In this document: piece by piece, positions 61,101 through 64,000 of the stretch
Numbering within the stretch: the stretch's first letter is position 1
Layout of the letters: each line of letters starts with the position of its first letter
Source: Vicugna vicugna
Lineage: Eukaryota
Assembly: GCA_013265495.1 (NCBI GenBank)
Contig: MU062062.1
Location: 2,638,406-2,702,405, forward strand
Direction of reading: 5' to 3'
DNA: 64,000 nt
The notes under the pieces: generated by a model
Told to the model about the DNA's origin: nothing
What the model saw: only the letters and a program-made list of their open reading frames with translations
Databases searched by the model: none
Program-made: the position numbers and the translations under genes

Positions 61101-62826
61101 ATAATTAACGCCACTGAAGCACACGTTTAAGATGGTCAGATGGTAAATCTTGTGTGTATTTTACCACAATAGGATTTTTTAAATCTTTCTTTTATTGAAG
61201 TAGAGTCAGTTTACAATGTGTGTCAGTTTCTGGTGTACAGCACAGTGCTTCAGTCATACATGAATATACATTTTTTTCATATTCTTTTTCACTGTGAGCT
61301 ACTGCAAGATACTGAGTATAGTTCCCTGTCACAGCAGGATTTTTAAAACGAAGACCAAAAACAAGCCGCTCGTGCAGTAGAGTAATACTTGAGGATGGAC
61401 ACCTCCCTTAGTGACTCATCTCCTGGTCTTCAAATAATGTTGCTCTATGAAAAGATCACAGAAAAAGCCAACATTTGCTGTCTTTCTTCCTGACAAAAAT
61501 AAACAGAACTTTGGAACAGAGGAATAAAGAAAGAAATGGAAATTTGCCCCAAAATGCTTTTTGTCACATTCCCTGAAGGATAGTTTTCCTTCTAAGGGCT
61601 CTGTTTAAAGCAGATTTTGTAAGCCAACTTAATTTCATTCCTTCTTTTAACCAGTTGGATTCACTTGTTAATAAACAATTTTGAAATTTAAAAAATGAGA
61701 TTGGCCTTATTAGAGAAGAATTGGCTTTAGGGTCAGAGCATAGCAGTCAAGGGGCTTAATGTGCTGTTTCATCCATGAGAGTTTTTATAGCTAGAAAGTT
61801 CCCTTTACTTAAATCTTAGAAGGTGGCTTATGCAGGATATTCTGTTATTAGCACATGACCTTTATTCACGTCGATTTGTAGCCGTAAACCATACACAATT
61901 AAAACCATTAAGAATATAGTTTGGCAAATACTTCATTATTTTGGAACCACACTTGCCTCATCAATTAGTGGTGGATCAAAATACATAGCCGCTGGGTTCT
62001 CTCAGTGTGCTCTCTAAAGGCAAGATTAAAGAATGATTTTGTTTTCCTTAGTTCCATTTGGTGATCTGTTTGAATCATTCTGAAGTAGAATTACAAAGCT
62101 AATTCTTCTGATTGTTTTAGTTTCCTTTTATTTACTCTGGAAGTCAGGTTTCTGAACCAGGGTTGGGCACGCTTTCCCTCATGTGGCAGTTTGATAAATG
62201 CTCGGGCTCCGTGCTCTCTGTTGGGACCGGTCAGCTCTGTCCATTGGTGGGGAAGCCGCCGCAGGTGGTGTTTGAAGGAATAGAGGGCCACATCCCAGTA
62301 AAACGTTATTTACAAAACCAGGCAGCACCTAGTGTGACTCCTATTCTGAACTTCCAGACCTTTTTATCAAGAGTCAGTCCTGGTTCCCACTGGGAGAGAG
62401 CCCAGTCTGTAAACGCAGCAGCTCTAAGAGACGCCTCACAGCATCGCAGCTCTGGGGTGTTTCAGTGAGTGCTCGGAGTGGCGGCGGCTGTAGGTCACAG
62501 CCCCATAGTCTTTTGAGCTTTTCAGAATGTTTTTGTAAACACACTGTATTTACAAATACCTGAGAGTAGAGTTGGCGTGACTGTCCCCCTCCTGCAGATG
62601 GACAGTGCAGGCTGGTCCCATCTCCATCCTCACAAGCCCTCGCGTCTCTCTCTGCAGCGTGTACTCTGGGCACCAGTCCATCCTCATCCCGCCTGCAGAG
62701 CTGGAGACCAACCCTGCCTTGTGGCTTCTTGCCGTGAGTCAGTACAAGGTCCGGGATACGTTTTGCTCCTATTCAGTGATGGAACTTTGTACCAAGGGGC
62801 TGGGCTCGCAGACAGAATCCCTCAAG
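947..62826 (+). CDS. DIP2C: DIP2C, partial multi-exon CDS (26 internal exons; 5' and 3' ends outside window)
   Basis: The spliced exons give one uninterrupted 3359-nt frame (enters phase 1, leaves phase 0). Peptides such as SINMEHWISQAIHGSTTSTTSSSSTQSGGSGAAHRLADVMAQTHIENHSAPPDV match DIP2C rather than DIP2A/B as I recall them. All introns are GT-AG. Confidence 0.98.
3129..3150. repeat. (GT)11 microsatellite
   Basis: Read directly from the sequence. Confidence 0.95.
5150..5700 (+). mobile_element. Degenerate L2 LINE body fragment (boundaries approximate)
   Basis: C/T-rich; ctcatccacgcccacaggtttca and ctcccacctggactgctgcagccccttc resemble the L2 ORF2 3' region as recalled. Confidence 0.5.
8831..9177 (-). 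mobile_element. MLT1-type (MaLR) solo LTR
   Basis: Contains ggctcacagttctggaggccagaagtctgag, tagggcccgtcctaatgacctc, catctccaaacacagtcaccttctgag and gggacacagttccgtccatagca, typical of MLT1 reverse complement. Confidence 0.85.
10452..10615 (-). mobile_element. MIR SINE fragment
   Basis: gatgaagagattgaggcagagagaggtcaaaacacttcccaagatc...gaactgggattcaaacccc matches the MIR core. Confidence 0.75.
11035..11169 (+). CDS. DIP2C: DIP2C exon, 135 nt (ENHSAPPDV...METGD)
   Basis: Acceptor ttttcacag|AA, donor GACG|gtatgt; phase 1-1. Confidence 0.97.
13567..13686 (+). CDS. DIP2C: DIP2C exon, 120 nt (GVPVSSRVSAK...DDFEELLE)
   Basis: Acceptor ttttcag|GA, donor GAAG|gtgaga; phase 1-1. Confidence 0.97.
14830..15027 (+). 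CDS. DIP2C: DIP2C exon, 198 nt (VQQPDPNQ...LYILTY)
   Basis: Acceptor gtattcag|TT, donor TACG|gtaatc; phase 1-1. Confidence 0.97.
15041..15213. repeat. 30-bp minisatellite, about 5.7 imperfect copies (consensus about TCACCYGCCTCACGTCTCCTTCCTGTGGGG)
   Basis: Units start at 15041, 15071 (29 nt), 15100, 15130, 15160 and 15190 (partial); array begins 13 nt into the intron. Confidence 0.92.
15801..15817. repeat. Poly-T tract (17 nt)
   Basis: Read directly from the sequence. Confidence 0.9.
16550..16641 (+). CDS. DIP2C: DIP2C exon, 92 nt (GKLWTRSMKVAYNILHKLGTKQEPMVRPGDR); absent from the ORF track
   Basis: Translated by hand; acceptor ttgacag|GC, donor AGG|gtaagt; phase 1-0. Confidence 0.97.
17626..18716 (+). 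mobile_element. L1 fragment (ORF2 3' end into 3' UTR, L1M-type), interrupted by an assembly gap
   Basis: agagcccagaaataaat, ttaactcaaaatggatcaaagacctaaa, aaatgggcaaaggacttgaatag and ctcagtgaaataagccag are hallmark L1 motifs. Confidence 0.9.
18017..18145. other. Assembly gap, 129 N
   Basis: Run of N inside the L1 fragment. Confidence 0.99.
20035..20310 (+). mobile_element. Possible ancient L1M fragment
   Basis: A-rich; ataggccaaggaaatgagaaacagttcatacaaggaagaa resembles the L1 ORF2 3' region. Confidence 0.4.
20635..20760 (-). mobile_element. Possible highly diverged MIR
   Basis: cttttcaggtaagaaaaccaaggct resembles MIR core ttttacagatgaggaaactgaggc. Confidence 0.35.
21089..21199 (+). CDS. DIP2C: DIP2C exon, 111 nt (VALVFPNNDP...VPLTRK)
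   Basis: Acceptor cgctccag|GT, donor AAG|gtaaag; phase 0-0. Confidence 0.97.
23205..23318 (+). mobile_element. Old L1 (L1MC/ME-type) 3' terminus
   Basis: gttgatcactgttgaagccagtgatgggtacatagg...ctacctttgtgtgtgcttggaaatttccattataaataaaaag. Confidence 0.65.
25464..25587 (+). CDS. DIP2C: DIP2C exon, 124 nt (DAGSQQIGF...EIPQFK)
   Basis: Acceptor cctcccag|GA, donor AAAG|gtgagc; phase 0-1. Confidence 0.97.
25833..25942 (+). CDS. DIP2C: DIP2C exon, 110 nt (GWPKLLWFV...DTAYIE)
   Basis: Acceptor ttcccaag|GT, donor GAG|gtgagt; phase 1-0. Confidence 0.97.
26075..26177 (+). CDS. DIP2C: DIP2C exon, 103 nt (YKTCKDGSV...CGYTE)
   Basis: Acceptor cattgcag|TA, donor GAAG|gtatgg; phase 0-1. Confidence 0.97.
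26315..26657 (-). mobile_element. MLT1-type (MaLR) solo LTR
   Basis: gcttaaacaac...cacagtctggaggccgaagtccgagatc...ccccatctccagacacag...ggggcttcaatgtgggaatttggg. Confidence 0.8.
27879..27943 (+). CDS. DIP2C: DIP2C exon, 65 nt (AETIVNVLDFKKDVGLWHGILT); absent from the ORF track
   Basis: Translated by hand; acceptor ttgtatag|CT, donor ACA|gtaagt; phase 1-0. Confidence 0.96.
28996..29090 (+). mobile_element. MIR fragment
   Basis: ctctgcacctcagtttccctatctgt matches the MIR core. Confidence 0.5.
30053..30146 (+). CDS. DIP2C: DIP2C exon, 94 nt (SVMNMMHV...VCQYK)
   Basis: Acceptor cttgcag|AG, donor AAAG|gtgtgt; phase 0-1. Confidence 0.97.
30227..30346 (+). CDS. DIP2C: DIP2C exon, 120 nt (AKVACVKS...ADGANP)
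   Basis: Follows an 80-nt intron; acceptor ccttcag|CA, donor CCCT|gtaagt; phase 1-1. Confidence 0.97.
30498..30706 (+). mobile_element. MIR SINE
   Basis: tccagacagccctggggttgagtcctgcctct...ttgtgagg-like tgtgaggtttaagtga...ggtgctcaagaaac ending in (tta)n. Confidence 0.7.
31598..31712 (+). CDS. DIP2C: DIP2C exon, 115 nt (WSISSCDAF...TVAIR)
   Basis: Acceptor actctag|GG, donor GGAG|gtactg; phase 1-2. Confidence 0.97.
33340..33600 (+). mobile_element. Possible L1ME 3' fragment
   Basis: gtgagaaaagcaagttgcagaagcatgtgcatgtgattc resembles the L1ME 3' UTR. Confidence 0.35.
34098..34463 (-). mobile_element. MLT1-type (MaLR, MLT1D-like) solo LTR
   Basis: gttctggagtctggaagtctgaggtgaaggtgtcgcag...cagtcattggatttagggccc...catcttaactc...gggacacaagccaacccac. 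Confidence 0.85.
35105..35225 (-). mobile_element. L2 3' end fragment
   Basis: cagacgtttattgcgatatactatgccagg...cagcagtgaccaaaaggaaaccctgctgccc is the reverse complement of an L2 3' end. Confidence 0.6.
35986..36125 (+). CDS. DIP2C: DIP2C exon, 140 nt (RPTDDSNQPPGRG...LVMPG); not in frame in the ORF track
   Basis: Translated by hand; acceptor gttacag|GC, donor GGAG|gtgagt; phase 2-1. Confidence 0.96.
36928..37070. repeat. Degenerate (CA/TG)-type alternating purine-pyrimidine tract, next to a probable antisense L1ME remnant (to about 37300)
   Basis: acacgtgtggacgtgtac...catgcacatacaggcatgcacatacacgtac...catgcacacactcgcatat. Confidence 0.75.
38148..38284 (+). CDS. DIP2C: DIP2C exon, 137 nt (AIMCSVKPDG...KNTFE)
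   Basis: Acceptor tgctcag|CC, donor GAG|gtaggt; phase 1-0. Confidence 0.97.
39309..39517 (+). CDS. DIP2C: DIP2C exon, 209 nt (VFPVTSSGAP...FVYRG)
   Basis: Acceptor tccccag|GT, donor GAAG|gtgagg; phase 0-2. Confidence 0.97.
40478..40592 (+). CDS. DIP2C: DIP2C exon, 115 nt (RIAVFSVTV...SRVLQ)
   Basis: Acceptor cccacag|GA, donor CAG|gtagtc; phase 2-0. Confidence 0.97.
41001..41202 (+). CDS. DIP2C: DIP2C exon, 202 nt (AIDSIHQVG...RQKQP)
   Basis: Acceptor tttgcag|GC, donor CCAG|gtatgt; phase 0-1. Confidence 0.97.
43484..43593 (+). CDS. DIP2C: DIP2C exon, 110 nt (EIGPASVMV...DQARK)
   Basis: Acceptor tttccag|AA, donor AAG|gtgagc; phase 1-0. Confidence 0.97.
44852..44932 (+). CDS. DIP2C: DIP2C exon, 81 nt (FLFLSEVLQW...LLNCR)
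   Basis: Acceptor gttccag|TT, donor AGG|gtgagg; phase 0-0. Confidence 0.96.
49400..49590 (+). mobile_element. Old L1 (L1MC/ME-type) 3' terminus
   Basis: ataaagctgactgtggcggtggtcacgactc...ttaactgtacattttaaac...ttgtatggtatatgaactatatcttaacaaagctg. Confidence 0.75.
49621..49744 (+). CDS. DIP2C: DIP2C exon, 124 nt (GTIANSLTC...ALVYPP)
   Basis: Acceptor tactcag|GG, donor CCCG|gtaaga; phase 0-1. Confidence 0.97.
50233..50354 (+). CDS. DIP2C: DIP2C exon, 122 nt (GIDLIAAFYG...KMIVE); not in frame in the ORF track
   Basis: Translated by hand; acceptor catgtag|GA, donor GAG|gtaacg; phase 1-0. Confidence 0.96.
51172..51283 (+). CDS. DIP2C: DIP2C exon, 112 nt (VSRSACLM...PILDT)
   Basis: Acceptor ccctcag|GT, donor ACAG|gttggt; phase 0-1. 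Confidence 0.97.
51372..51481 (+). CDS. DIP2C: DIP2C exon, 110 nt (DDLPKKRP...LAGVK)
   Basis: Follows an 88-nt intron; acceptor tctccag|AT, donor AAG|gtgaga; phase 1-0. Confidence 0.97.
52068..52975 (-). mobile_element. L1MB-type 3' portion, antisense to DIP2C
   Basis: tgcttatttcaccgagtg, caagtttcatccac, cccagaagtggagttgttgggtca and cacattgtgattttgatttgcatttc match reverse-complement L1. Confidence 0.9.
53550..53655 (+). mobile_element. L2 3' end fragment
   Basis: tagatggcaagctcctgagggcagaggccacgtc...cccagtcgctgacccggtgcccgacgcacacaagtgctc. Confidence 0.6.
54903..55033 (+). CDS. DIP2C: DIP2C exon, 131 nt (MSHAATSAF...LWCLC); not in frame in the ORF track
   Basis: Translated by hand; acceptor cttgcag|AT, donor GCAG|gtgagt; phase 0-2. 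Confidence 0.96.
55300..56060 (+). mobile_element. Old L1 (L1MC/ME-type) 3' portion
   Basis: gtgagataccacttcacacccact, ctcctgggtatctaccaaagagaa, catggatggacttcag and ttatgttacgcagattacatctaagtaaa. Confidence 0.8.
56335..56560 (-). mobile_element. L1MC-type 3' terminus, antisense
   Basis: tagactgtattcttcagaacagtattaggttccc...ggtacagagatttcccataca...ccagagtccataatttacatcggggttcac. Confidence 0.75.
56562..56970 (+). mobile_element. L1 ORF2 3' fragment, sense
   Basis: agcccagaaatagaccc...tgctggaacaactggacatccacatggaaaaaaatgaatctag...aatggaccatagacctgaatgtg...atgacaccaaaggca; ORF 56581..56844 (NTCCWNNWTSTWKKMNLD) resembles L1 ORF2p. Confidence 0.85.
60368..61171 (+). mobile_element. L1MB-type 3' portion, unusually GC-enriched
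   Basis: aatgtaaaatggtgcag, ataccccgaagaattaaaaacagggacttaaacagatacttg and ggttgcacaacatcgtgaatataattaacgccactgaa; ends ttttaccacaat. Confidence 0.9.
61180..61329 (-). mobile_element. Young, 5'-truncated lineage-specific L1 3' end with a target-site duplication
   Basis: ttttattgaagtagagtcagtttacaatg...tttctggtgtacagca...tatagttccctgt; flanked by cacaataggattttt (61165-61179) and cacagcaggattttt (61330-61344), the latter followed by aaaa (L1 endonuclease TTTT/AA site). Confidence 0.8.
62658..62826 (+). CDS. DIP2C: DIP2C exon, 169 nt (SVYSGHQS...TESLK)
   Basis: Acceptor tctgcag|CG, donor AAG|gtaagc; phase 2-0. Confidence 0.97.
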
Positions 62827-63789
62827 GTAAGCAGCCCTCAGAGTGCCCGGGGCACTTGCCAGCATCCTGGGAAAGTGCAGTGTCGGGGGGTCAGCGGGGT
62901 GTTGAGGTTACTTGGTCCTTCAGGGAAGCAGACTGGGATCCTCTGTCACCTGAAGTTTACAACATTGTTTTCACGTGAAAACCTCGTTCTGTAACATGAA
63001 TACTTTCTCGCTGCCACAGAGTTACAGGTCTGAGTGTCTGGTTTTGGTATGTTCAGTTCTGCTGGAGCCCCTCAGAGGGCCCTGATTGCTTTCTCGTTTG
63101 TTGGTGGAGTCAGTTCCTGAGCACTGTTGGTCCTGTTCCAAGGCTGGGCTCGAGCTGTAGGTCTGCATTCACCGCTGATTGCATCCTCCTTGGAGACCCC
63201 GACTGGGAGGCCGGGCTCAGCGAGCAGCGCCCGCTTTGTTTCTTAGTCTGTAGTCCCCGTGTGCGACAGCGATCTCACTTCCCTCGTTTAAACCAAACAC
63301 ACTTCGATAGACTTATTTTCATGGTAAATTAGGGGGTTCTTGTCCAAGTAACCAGGAGAAAGTAACCATACAGCCCACTCGGGTTTGCATTCCAGCTGTT
63401 CACTGTTCATGTGATTAGGTACGTGTCACCTGTCTGACACACACGCACACATTATCTGTGAACATGCCGTCAGCAAAGCAGTGTATTTATCTCTTCTGAG
63501 GTTTGTTCTCCTATCCAGACCTAATGCATTGAGCTTGAACAAGAAAGCAAAATGCACGATAACTTTGATATTAAGCTACATGAGTAAGTGTATAATTAGT
63601 TGAAGTTACATACTTATACAGAGAAAGGAATACATAAAACATTATCATTACTCACGTCCACCTGTATTATGTTATGAAATGGTTGAGTACGTTTCATGAA
63701 CTCTCCCTGCCTGTGCATCTGTAAGGAACCCAGTGAACTAAGATGTCTGAGCACTTCGCGTGCTGACTGACTTAGACGTGACAGCAGCT

Positions 63790-63930
63790 CTCTGAAACAG
63801 AAACCACTGCTGTGTGCACTTCAGAGATGAGGAAGCTTGGGTCACAGAGAAATGAAGCACCCTTTCCGGGTCCTTACATTTGCTGAGCTTTGGACCCAAA
63901 TTTTGATCCCTGGCCCCAGGTCCACCATCC
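63790..63930 (-). mobile_element. Possible MIR fragment
   Basis: cttcagagatgaggaagcttgggtcacagagaaatgaagcac. Confidence 0.45.
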
Positions 63931-64000
63931 CGGAGCCCAGGCTCGTCGGCCCCAAGACGCACTCGTGTGTAAGGGACCGTTTGTGCTCTGGGACTTCAGT

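Noticed and set aside
1-64000. tRNA, rRNA, snoRNA/miRNA, viral or bacterial inserts
   Set aside because: None recognisable by eye; an Infernal/Rfam scan would be needed to exclude small RNAs.

Overview
Mammalian genomic DNA, not prokaryotic. The whole window lies inside one + strand gene, DIP2C (disco-interacting protein 2 homolog C). I mapped 26 consecutive internal coding exons (947..62826, 3359 nt, about 1120 codons, roughly human exons 5-30 by recalled numbering). All are GT-AG with matching phases and no stops or frameshifts. They encode the Ser/Thr-rich N-terminal linker, the first fatty-acyl-AMP-ligase-like domain (FLD1) and part of the second (FLD2). Both gene ends lie outside the window. 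The introns hold old L1, L2, MIR and MLT1 (MaLR) relics, one young truncated L1 3' end with a target-site duplication, a 30-bp minisatellite, microsatellites and a 129-N assembly gap. The young L1 tail resembles cetartiodactyl, possibly camelid, L1 (inference from recall). I found no CRISPR array, RNA gene or second credible protein gene, and no new multi-gene system. The best leads are RNA-processing architecture and substitution bias: an exon that rebuilds a strong 5' splice site after splicing (recursive-splicing configuration), a possible minisatellite-encoded intronic terminal exon whose stop overlaps AATAAA, candidate cassette and micro-exons, and AT-to-GC-biased substitutions including two radical missense changes. 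Comparisons with human proteins and repeat consensuses are from memory and need confirming by alignment.
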